Shown here piece by piece: positions 1-11,700 of a DNA stretch of 64,000 nucleotides. Position 1 is the stretch's first letter; every line of letters starts with the position of its first letter. The stretch is from positions 16,182,001 through 16,246,000 of the forward strand of contig OZ059896.1 in the NCBI GenBank assembly GCA_964057225.1, in the 5' to 3' direction. Source of the DNA: Auanema rhodensis (lineage: Eukaryota > Animalia > Nematoda). Below the pieces are notes generated by a model. That model was not told where the DNA came from, did no database searches, and saw only the letters and a program-made list of their open reading frames with translations. The translations under genes were made by a program, and so were the position numbers.

Positions 1-18
1 ATAATAACTAATTTATTT

Positions 19-542
19 TCAAAAATATTCCCCCCCCTTTCAATAACTTTCTTCCATCTCTTCTCTAAATTTCTTATTCCAATCCTGAAAAATAACTTAG
101 ATTTGGACTCGAAAAAAGTTTTAATAACTTCCTCTATAGGTTTGAAGCTTTTCCCTTTCAAATTATGTTCCATTGACCTGAACAGATTTTAATCTGTTCG
201 TGCAAGGTCTGGAGAATATGAGGGATACTTCAAAACTTCCCAATCCAGCTCCTGGAGTAAACCACTTCTTACATGTGCTGTATGCAGGAGAAAAATCTCC
301 ATAAACAGCTTTCATTTTTTGGTGGGCTTCATGAGCAGAAACACCACTTTCAAAATGAGAAAGAAGGACATGGCGCAGATGTGCTACATCCATAACGAAA
401 AATCAAAAAATTGAATGAAATATGGTGTGTCAATAAATACGTGTCCATCTTTTAAAAAAAATTTAAAATTTTGTAAAATTAGCATATAATTTTTTTCAAA
501 TTCTTGCGGGTGGCCACGTATTTATTGACATGCCATATTTCA
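19..542 (-). mobile_element. Internally deleted, non-autonomous mariner (Tc1/mariner) element; the 3' end runs off the window
   Basis: ATG at 393 gives MDVAHLRHVLLSHFESGVSAHEAHQKMKAVYGDFSPAYSTCKKWF, a mariner N-terminal HTH. It is joined directly, in another frame, to LQELDWEVLKYPSYSPDLARTD*NLFRSMEHNLKGKSF...FFESKSKLFFRIGIRNLEKRWKKVIE..GEYF (YSPDL motif and mariner C-terminus), with one stop and two homopolymer frameshifts. A TIR-like sequence bounded by TA ends at ~537. Confidence 0.9.
416..542. repeat. 35-bp imperfect inverted repeat (TIR-like pair) upstream of the transposase ATG
   Basis: 416-450 reads tgaaatatggtgtgtcaataaatacgtgtccatct. The reverse complement of 508-542 reads tgaaatatggcatgtcaataaatacgtggccaccc (30/35 identical). 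Confidence 0.9.
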
Positions 543-794
543 GATCCAGACTATCACTAAAGAAAGAAATCATCATATAAACAGATGTTACTACAAAAAC
601 AGTACAACCGTTTCAGAACTAACCAAAAGTGGAAATACACCTGCTTAATCATTTCAATAAAGGGTAACAGAAGCACATACAAAATTTATATTTAAATTAA
701 AAACATAATAATGATGTTTATTTAAATTATGATAATTATATAATAATATTGTATTTAATTTATTATATATTTCTTATAATAAAACTATGGAATT

Positions 795-2048
795 TTAAAA
801 GAATTTTAATTTATCTACAATTTTTGTCTTAATTATATGAAATGTAAATATTTTATAATCATTTATCATATATAATATAGTTATTGGATTTAATATAGGA
901 TATATAGCGTATGAACTACCCATATAACTTCCTAACCACATTGGAAAATCAAGACGTATAAAAGAAATTGTAAATATAAATACAAATGGATAGTGAAGAA
1001 AAAATAGAGGAATAGCACTCTAATAATAAATAAACTGGAAAGATTCTATTTTTTTCGTACCTGTGCCAGTAGTAAGTGAAAATATTTCCATTGAACTGAT
1101 TGAGAAAACAAACTCATGTTTTTTCTATTTTCACGCAATTTATGCATAATACATATAGATAGTATAACTATTGTAATAGCTTCACAAACTATTAAACCAT
1201 AGAAATATATTGTGAAGATAGTAAACCATATAGATGTTTTCATTAACTATTATATTCGAAAACTTATTTTTAATTTATATAATTTGCATAACTAACCTTA
1301 TAAGAAAAGGCCAAATAATAGATATTATTGATATCTGCATGAAATGTTTTGAAAACGATTTGCTCTAAATCTTTTGCATAATATTTTCTTGGATGAAAAA
1401 CCAGATAAAGCTCTATTAGCCATGGTGAAAGATGTACAAGTAACAGGAAACAACTGATGACTAAAACAGTCATTGGCTTAAGCCATTGTTGTAATTTAGG
1501 TCTAAACTCATAATCAACAGATAATATTATAAAATTCAATTAATTATGATAATTCATATTTACCTGCATATTATAATATAACGATATACATAACATAAAG
1601 CTAAGATAAAGTATACAATGCCAACTATAACTGTCATCAAGTTCAGACAAGCACCACATAATAGATAATGTGGTTGAACTAAGCTACTGCTAGCTACAAA
1701 TGCTATTGTTGAAGCATTAAAGACATAAGTCTGTAAAGATAATTCTTGTATCATCAACATCATACATCGTTGTGTTCTTACCGGCATAGCTGCACTAGCT
1801 AGAGCTGTAAGCATAAGATCAGTGACGACGAAAAGGTAGAGGAATATCTTATAAGAACTCAATGATTGTGCTTTACAATTATAAACAGCATAGGCAAGTA
1901 TGAGATTTAATAAAAATCCAAATGGAAATACAATAGCAATGTTAAAAACTTTAAGAATATATAGATGCCTAAAACAAATGTTAATTTCGATTCATTTTAT
2001 ATTCAAAGAAAAACTGAAAAAAAATTATATTTTAAAAACATACCACAT
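795..2048 (-). CDS. Serpentine chemoreceptor GPCR, Str-superfamily-like (multi-exon, apparently intact)
   Basis: Spliced product MWHLYILKVFNIAIVFPFGFLLNLILAYAV...LSSYKIFLYLFVVTDL...LCYVYRYIIICR...QWKYFHLLLAQ|SAIPLFFLHYP...AIYPILNPITILYMINDYK. It has about seven hydrophobic segments and the typical YRY, Q..IP and YP..(D/N)P...DY motifs. Introns are GT-AG; stop is at 795-797. The start codon is less certain. Confidence 0.8.
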
Positions 2049-2629
2049 CAAAAATAATATCAAAACTGATGAAATAAATTGAACAATTATTGAAATGACT
2101 TAAATAAACTACTAATTGAAAATGTTTTGAGCTTTAATGCGATATAATAGTTCAAGTGCAAGATATTTTCATTTGAAATAATTAAATATTACATGTTTAT
2201 ACTTACATAGTATAGTATACATACATTGAGTAGCACTATCTAAAGTTTTATGTATGAACTTGAAGAAAATCTTTAACATATAACATATTTCATATAATAT
2301 TATATATTCTAATAATACTATATATATTCATTTAGATTTTTGAATACTATAGATAATCAAAAATCTGGTCTTCTCAGTCTATTTGCTAGTACAATCATAC
2401 ATATTCACTTATTCACTTTTGGTATTTGTGTATTGAAAGTATACTTAAATTTTTTATTATAAACTAGCAGCCTCTATTGAGATGACGATATATTACATAG
2501 CAAAATAAAATTCTTATGTTAAATATAATAAATATTTGACGGAAATATACAATTTTTTGAAAGAAAATGGAATAATAATATTAATAATTAATACAAAATG
2601 AGATATTTTTCAACAGTTAGAAATTATAT

Positions 2630-4829
2630 TTAATCAGATTTCGGCTTCTTCTGCCCGCATTTTTTACAGATGCATCTAAGGAAACTACGTATAAGACAAT
2701 AGACAAGGAACAAAACAAAGCTAATTGTCAAAATGATTACAGAGATAACATCAAGAGAGAAATATGTAAAAGTTGAAAGATGTATTCCTACAGGCTCTAA
2801 GTTGTCTAAAGTTTTGTATTTAGCTACGAAGTTACTCCATTTAACAATTTGCTGGGCAGGATCAAGTGGATAGTTATCAACCATACCACTTAATTGCATT
2901 GCCTTTTCAGAGTAACTGAAACAAAATATGAATCGATTATTGAAATAATTATAAAATTACCTTTTATCCGTACAAATCTTGTTAACAGCATTATATACAG
3001 CTTCTTCTGACATTTCACTCTTGGAAATACTGACTGCAAGCCCAAGCTTTTCTGCGATTTTCGCGTTCTTAGGTTGATCACCGAAAAGAGGAATTGGAAT
3101 CAAGGGCTTGCCAGAAGAAATAGCTTCCTGAATGTTGTACAATTAGTTTTTTTAAATTAAAGAAATCATATATACCTGCATACTATTGTAACCACCATGA
3201 GTGATCAAAGCTCGAACTTTTGGATGTTGTAAAAGATCGCTTTGAGGAATCCATTTGAACAAATGAACGTTTGATGGTAAACGATCTGAATATAATTGTT
3301 TTTCCAATTTCTTTTAATTATCTAATACTAACCATTGATATCAGAACCAAGGTAACGAATAATAAACTGATAATCAGGGAAGCGACGGAATGCTCCAAGG
3401 AGAGCTGTCTTCCATGATTCTGGCATCTTATGAGCTGGAGCGATTGATCCAAAAGTCATGATGATTGTTCCTTTGCCCTTTTGAACAATTTCCTCGAATT
3501 CCTAGATAATGATGTATGAAAATAAAGAAAGAGATTAGGAATTACTATACCTTTGGTAAAGGAGAAGATTTCTTTTTTTCCATTCCAACACCTCCAATAT
3601 TTACAACTTTAGCTAATGTTGGAGAAGCTAAACCATATACATCGTGTGAATTAACGAAAACCTTAAATATAAATTTTACTTAACATATTGAAATCAAAAA
3701 AACTACCAAAGGACTCTTCTTAGCGATATCCATTAGATGAGGGAAATCTTGTCCGAATTCTTCGCGGAACATTTCAGTTTCAGGATTAGCAATTGTGCTG
3801 CAATGCATAGTAAATAAGAAGAATATGAAAGATTGAAAACAAATACGTTGGCCAAATAATCTGCATTAAGGTATGTCCAATAAAGCTTTTCATTCTTTCG
3901 GTAAAAGTAAGAACATCGTGAGCTTCCATAAGCATAGCTATAACATACATTGAATTAGTTGAATGTAGTAATAATAACTTACGAGAAACATAGCTAGGAA
4001 TGATTGGTACTCCAACCAAATTTGCTACGTAATCCATAATTTTTCCACTGAAATAATTTGATTGTGATGCTTATGAAGGATATGTTCAACCTGTTGACCC
4101 AAATCCAAGTTGGGATTTTGGTTTGATGAATAATTCCAAGACCACAAAGATCATACATATGAGGGAAAGCAATATCAAACTTTTCATCTTCTACCCACTT
4201 TATGATTTCCTTATTTTGAATAAGTACTAAAGAAAAATATTTTTTTTTATAATCATTGATGTTGTATAGTTTAATTACCTTTACAACCTTGAGTAATAAA
4301 GCCTAACTTCTTTTTCAAATCAGCTCGAGTTTTTGAATCAAAGAATGAAGCTTCCTAGAATTATATTACATTTTCCGTCTAAGATATGTGATTGCTTGGA
4401 AAACAAAAAAAAAATAATTCGTAAGAATTTGGTAAAAAAAGATCAAAAAGTACTTCGAATATATTTTGTCCTTGCATCTCTTCAAGTTGAGCTCTTGATA
4501 CACCAACATCAGCAACAACATGTTTGACTGAAAACCAATGATATATAGACAAAACTCAAAAATTATCTAACTTCTTAGGTTTGAAGGAAATTTCAAAGGG
4601 TTTGGATCTGCATCTTTAAATGGTGATACCATAAGTAATGTGACATTATGTCCAGCTTTAGCTAATGTTTCTGCTACACGAGTATTAAATAAAATCTAAA
4701 AGCACATGTTCTTCAATACGGAAGTGAAAATATGATTACCTGGCTTTTAGCCATTTCTGGCACAAAGAAAACTGCTTTGTAACCATAACTAACAGCAGAT
4801 AATCCAAGCAGGAAGAGTAAGATCTTCAT
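2630..4829 (-). CDS. UDP-glucuronosyltransferase (ugt family)
   Basis: Signal peptide [22 protein letters not shown] follows a TTTCAG acceptor. The UGT signature is [50 protein letters not shown]-terminal TM helix and KxKxx ER-retrieval tail (KKPKSD*) are present. Confidence 0.95.
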
Positions 4830-5749
4830 TCTGAAATATATACTTATTGAACTTATAGAATATGTTAATATAATAGAGTTTCAATACTACTTAAGTTTGT
4901 GTAAATTTAAGTGGCAGAACAAGAAATAAAGGTCGCTCTCGCAAGATCAGTAAATGTTGAATCAATACATATTAGAGATGGCAGAATATAATTGACGGTC
5001 AAGCAACAACTTACCGACTTGCATCTATTTTATATGGAAAAAGGAGTTACGAAATCAAAAAGATTAAACATCAGAGTGAAGAAATTATCAAACTTTTTCG
5101 ATGACATTGATAAAAGCGAAGTAAATACCGATAATCACAGTCTACGTCACTCGTAGATACGAATTATTAGGAAATACGCTCTTCTCAGATCAAGAACATT
5201 GCCTTCCAACGATCAAGTAGAGAAAAAGTCTAACTTCTGGTAAAACGGAAAAATTTTGAACCATGAAAGTAAATATTTATTTAGCAGGAAGAATGCACAG
5301 ACAGTCTCAAACAGGCAGGATTGAGTACACGTGATATGATATACGGAAATGTAAGTTTAACTATATACATTACTATTTAAAATATTTTGATAGTTACAAT
5401 ATAAATTGGAATTAAATATATGATTAGGATCAATAGCTGATCAAACAAAAAAGAAGGAGATAGAATCTTCTGAAGAAGTTAAGAAGATATTTTTAATTGG
5501 AGACAAAACACCGTTCTGTGTCACCGTTAATTAAAAAAGCTGTAACATAACAAACGTAGAGCTTTGTGGAATCTTAAACTAATAATACTGAGCAATGAGA
5601 ATTGCGTAAACTGAAACCGCGGGAAATGAAATAGAATATGATCAACATTTGATGTTGCATTAAAAAAACTCAAAAAGTGAGATATTTTCTAAGACTTCTT
5701 CGATGGTAAAACAGGAATGACTTCACATACTCGATGAACAGCTCATACA

Positions 5750-8700
5750 TTAAAGCACACTGATCCTGAAATTATAAGGTCATCAACAACAATAACAACA
5801 ATGCGTACCCTGTGCCGAGATCATCTCTTTCTTCTATATCACTATCCTCATCATCATCATCACCAAGCCCTTCACTTAGTGCAGCCTGAAGAGCCTCAAT
5901 TCGCTTTTGCGATAACTTTTGGTCCGATTGCAATAATTTTATCTGTTCCTCCAAACGTTCCGATTCATCACGCTGAAACAGTTAGATACTTCAAGAAAGA
6001 TACACTATTAGTTACTTGATTCTTTTGTTTGGCGGCAACATCCAATTCTCTCTTTTTCCATTCTTCAATGGATTCTTGTAGTAGAACAACTTCTTTCCTA
6101 TAATACATATCAGCATTAACTGGAACGAAAATTAAGAAAATGATGATACTTTGCTTTTCGCACGGCATCGGTCTCCTTATCACGAGCAGTAGTCAATTCT
6201 CTTGCCTGTTCTGTCAAAGATTCCACTTCATCGGTTAGTTTAATAACCATAGACTGAAATATTATGTCTTCATGTAACTTTTTTTCAAATCTCACCTCTA
6301 GTCGCAGCTTATGTGCAGACTCTAATTCTACCTTAGACTCTGTATCTTTAATTTTCTGCTCAGCTAAAACTAAACGATGCTTCTCAACCATATGCATTCT
6401 ATTGAATTCAATTTCAGATTCTAATTCATTCAGTCGATCTTCCAACTTTGCTTTAGCTTTCTCCAAATCAGCCACCTTGAAATTATAGTAACTTCAATAT
6501 TAGTTCAGTAAAACCCTTCAAACCTGTTCAACATAATCGTTTATGGTGATATGATCAATTTGATTCTGTTGAAGAGCTTGCTTGTACTTCTTAAGTACTG
6601 ATTGTAATTGCTCATCTTTTTCTTGAATAAGAGCAGCGCCACTATTACGATCTCTTAATAAAGCTGAGATTCTTTCATCTGCATGATTCTTTGCAACAAT
6701 AGTTTGATCAAGCTAAAAATATGACGCACTTCATTGAAAAAATTAAATCAGCTTACTAAAGCTCGAACTTCGTTCAGTTCGCTTTCAAGATTATGCCTGC
6801 TCTTTAAGGCACTCGTTCTTGCTGCCTCAGCATCTTCCAATTGCTCCCTATAATGTAAGCATTATCATATTCATTGATTTTGATTACTCAAACCTCAATT
6901 GTCGAATCAAAGCTTGAGATGGAGCTGATTCACGTTCATGAGCTAATAGAGCTTGTGTATCTGCCAATAAAGCAAGGGCTTTTCTTAATTCTCGTCGATA
7001 ATGCCCTCCAGATAACTCGAAACTAAAACCATTGAGATAAATCACAACAAATATAAAAGAAAATTACTTGTGAGTTGTGATATCATGTTTACGTACACGA
7101 GCTTCTAACAGGCGATTTTCAGCTTGAAGGGTTTGATGCTTATCTTGAGCGTCAGCCAGCTGATCTTCCATGCCTCTTAGCTGAAACCATAGATTGTAAT
7201 TTTTAAGATAAAAATACTGTTCATAAACAAGAACAAATATTGAAAAACTAACTCGTCGTTGATATTGAGCACGAAGTTCATCAATTTCTGCTTCCCTAGC
7301 AGCCGTTTCACGAGTGAGGTCAGCTTTCAACCGCTCGGCTCCCATTTCCAGCCTAGTTACTGACTGTTGAAGAATATTATTCTGACCAGCCAGATCATCC
7401 AGTTCTTCTTCCTTTAACAGAAACATTAATAGAATATGGACTTTTAAATTTTAAAACAGGGCCGTACCTGTGTACGGATCGTCTCCGACAAATCTCGTTT
7501 CTCCTTTTGAATGATGGCTAACTGATCATTGCTACTAATTGTTTCATCTCTTTCTTCGGCTTCACGACGTAGACGAGAAACAGTAGTTCTTAACTCTGTT
7601 AGTTCAGTTTTCAGATTCTTAAAATAGAATATTTTTTATATATGTATATATTACTTTTCAAATAGCTTTACGTTTATTTCGTTGGCACGTCGAGTGGAAT
7701 TCATCAAATGCTCTTCTTTTTCTTTTTCAACAGCTTCCTTTTCAGCTCGAATATCATTCAATTGTTTTTCTACCGTGTTGACACTTTGATCAAATCTGGA
7801 AACACGGCGTTTACTTCGTCAACATCTAAACTAATAAAAACATACTGTTCTTGTTTCTTCTCAAGAGTCTCATTTCTAGCACGAACTTTATTAAGCTCAG
7901 CTTCCACATCTTGTAACTGAGAAATCGCACGCTGTGCTTTCATACGAGCCTGCTCCTCACTTTCCCGTACTTTTACTAATTCACTCTTCTGCAAACAAAA
8001 ATAAATTATACGGCAAACGATATCAGGAAGTGAATAATGCAACCGTGCGTTGAGTTTCGAAAATATAAAATGATTATACTTCCAACCTTATATATATATG
8101 AATTTCAAAAACTTTTTTTAAAGTAAAATTCAAACTCACTCTTTCACGATCTTCAGCGGTATCCAACTGAGCACTTGAGGAAACACGGCTGATAACGTCA
8201 TCACCCATTCCTGAATCATTAAGTGAGCATAGTAAAATGTTCCAGACTCAAGAATCCAACCTCCATCTCGCCATTTTTCCAGTCGTCTCTCCAACTGAAT
8301 TCTTGCCTGACTTTCCCTTTCTAGTGCAGACGCCGTCTCTTGTGCCGATTGAGTTTCCCGAGCTAGTGTTTCTTCTAATTCCTCAACTTTTTCTTCAGCC
8401 ATATTCTTAGAAGATCTCATATCAGATAACTGTTTTTCTAGTTGCTTGATTCGTGTTTCCCATTCACTATGATCTTGATCAGTACTACAAATGTTTTTAA
8501 CTCATGGAAAATCCTGTTGTCTTAACAAACCGAGTAGCAGCAAGAAGAGGTACAACCTTTGTATACAATCTCCACCATGCCCATTCTCTTACCTTCATAT
8601 AAGCGAGACCATTTTTCTGAAATGAAGAATTCCGTTTAATCCATAAAACAAATGTCAACCTGAATACAACGGATCGCTGTATCGAGAGCACGGCGACGTT

Positions 8701-11700
8701 GGAGCCATTTCTGAGCCAAGTGACGACGGCATTCGCGTTGGAGAGCAGTTACAAACCCAGACAACGATAGTTCTCGGCGGTCTTCTAGTTCAGTGAGAAC
8801 ATCACTAGCTAATAGAACCTGACTCATTCCGAGTCGGTATCTGTGCTGATGAATATCCATTTTTTCTAGAATTCGAGCAACGGCTGTTCGATCGTCTAAA
8901 GCTTCATCTAATGAAGCTGCATTTTCTTCAACTAAACAGCCGAAACGACGTCGAAAATCGCGGAAGGGTACGCGTTCAGGGAAACCTAAAACGACATCAA
9001 TAGAATTATAAAAGACAAAGAAAAATACCTCTATTATTCGCACGAATCGAATCAATTAAGAGGACTGAACGCATCTGACTGCGCATGAAAGGCACATCAA
9101 CGATGTCGGAAGCTGTGCGCATGGCAGCAGTTGGCTGGATACAATGCACAAAGTGCGATCGAGGAGCTCGTCGCAGCGACGAGAAAACGTAATCCTAAAA
9201 TGAAAAGATATTTTCGATTTTAATGTTTCGTAACGAAAAACTATTATCCTACGATGCTTCTAGAAAATTATAGGGAATCCGATTATGATTTCAAGCACCC
9301 ATATATAGCAAATGAATGATAATAAAATTCCAAAAAATGACAGAAAGGCGTTAGCTTAGAAGATTCTTCGCGATGCAACACAATCTATATTCGTAGAAAT
9401 GGCTATCGGGATCATTTGACGCGGAAAATAACGAACAACTTATCATTTAAACTGGATAAAAGAATCGTAATTCACTAAACACTAGACAGCTTAAGTGCAT
9501 ATGCTAGACTAATACAAAGTCACTAAACCTAATTCATACAACTTCAAAGATAAGCCATATATACGTTTATCAAATCGTTGAATTTCACTGGTTGTCTGTT
9601 TTCAACTATTTGACCAATAAATAATTACGAGAAAACTTTTATAATTTTAAAAGAAAATAGTTAAAAGAGGAAATTGGAGTGCGTTTGAACTATTACATAA
9701 TAGATATTGGAGAAAAAGAAAGAGCTTGACGTGTACTCATGATTACATTCATTTTCTTGTCAAACACCTCTAAATTCCAAAAAAACTGTCTGGTTCCCGT
9801 CGTATTTCTGCCTGTAGGCTAGTTAACCTGATGCATCACACTAATACACAACGGTGAGCTGACAAACAAACAGAAAATGGAAAGAAATTAAAGACAGCGC
9901 AGAAAAGCAGATGAAAAAAAAAGAATTTCATTCAGATGTGAAGAAATAAAATTCGTAGTTGAAACAATAACTAAAATGTTACGTGGAAATGCTACGTGGA
10001 GATTTGAATGCAATTGCATTAAGTAAAAATTATTCTGTCTTTGACAGGAATGAAAAACGGTTGTTCATTCTAATAAAGTAAACTAAATAATCACTATTTC
10101 ATATTTAAGAAAAATAACAAACCTCTTTGACAATGTTGCCCGATGGGGCAAATTCAAAACTCATTAGAATATTTGTGAAATATGAAGCTAGGAGATTATG
10201 ACTTTTCAGGAATAATAAACTTGAAGATTTCAGATTCCTTATTTTAAATATAGCCTTAACTTGTGGGTGTGGTCGATTATGTTAACCTATTATATAGATT
10301 AATTAATGGGTCTTGATGAGTTTCAAAAGTTTTTCGATATGAATAGAACCGAAAAACTATAGCTCATTAAAGTTAATGTGATTATACCAAAATTATAGAA
10401 CTAGACATAAGTTATACTCGTTCGATTGGGTGTCCACTAGCAATCCGTAATGTATGTTAGAAGTGGAAGAATATAGTGAATATGAATGAAGGGACAGTAA
10501 TTAGCAAGAGGTTAACCCTAGCATCACTGAGATGCGTCAAAACCTTCGCAATCAAACAATAAACGTTTGTGCACGGAGATGATTTGCAGCCTGAACTCCC
10601 AGGAAAAAATTTTAAATACTGGACTTTTCGGAGAACAATAGTGTTTACCAAAGACATCGTAAAGAATTTTTGAAAAACTTCGAAAGAATATAGACTAGGT
10701 AATATAAAAACTCTTACGATCTGGGAGTTGATGTAAGATAAGAATCCAGAAGGTGCTCGTTTAGCAGCTAATTCCATTTGAGCAACTTGTGTCGCTCGTC
10801 TGAGCTTAGACATATCTGCATTTTGCTGTGGTATCGCGAACAAAAATCCGATGGGTTGACTAGAATGACAGTTGGTAGCAGAGAAAATGGAAGAGTATAC
10901 CTTTTACTAGAAGTCAAGAGAGGTCTTATAACACCAGTACTTTCACAAGGTTGAGCTTGCTTCACCCATCCTTCAATGTTATAGGTAACTGGATAAGTGC
11001 CCATAGCATGATTTAAAATTATCTGACGAGCTCTTAAACCCCTACGTATAAGCCTGTAACATAGATGATAGGCCATTATAACTTTAGCAAGCAAAAATAC
11101 TTAGACTCATCACCAAGATGCACGAATAATCTTTCCAATAAACTATCATCAGTAGCACCAGGGAACATAGATTCTTCTTCTAATATAGCCATTAAACCAC
11201 GCCGCTCTTCAGAACGCCTATCAATATCAGTGCAAGTAAGCTGAAAACCAATTTTTGTTTCAAAAATATGTGAAATTTGCATACTAATTGTTGTTTTTGG
11301 TCTAGAAGTCGGTTCATCTCATGAGGAGATTGCACAGGTTTATCAACTTGAACATCCACTTGTTCACGAGAATAGGTCTTAATTAAGAGGTCAAAGTTAT
11401 ACTCTTAGATCTGATAATTCACTTCTTGCGGTTCTGTAAAACTGGCATCATGGAACAACTCAGCTACACGTTCGTTAATGTAGTTGAAAACGAGATCATT
11501 CAATCCGAGGTTTGATCTAGCTCCATCGACCCATTCAGAATGAAATGTTGATCCTGGGTAATCAAGAATCTAAACGACAATATCAAATGAAGGAATTTCA
11601 AAGTTCAGCATACCGAAACCCAGGTACAAGTGGTATTAGAAGCCAGATTTTTGTTAATTTGTTCGACAATAACTATAAACAGTTCTTGGTAAAGAGACGA

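Noticed and set aside
9195-10717. Hidden gene or element in the 1.5-kb myosin-18 intron (ORF 10457-10843)
   Set aside because: The ORF is an exon running on into intron; I found no coding, repeat or RNA-gene signature.
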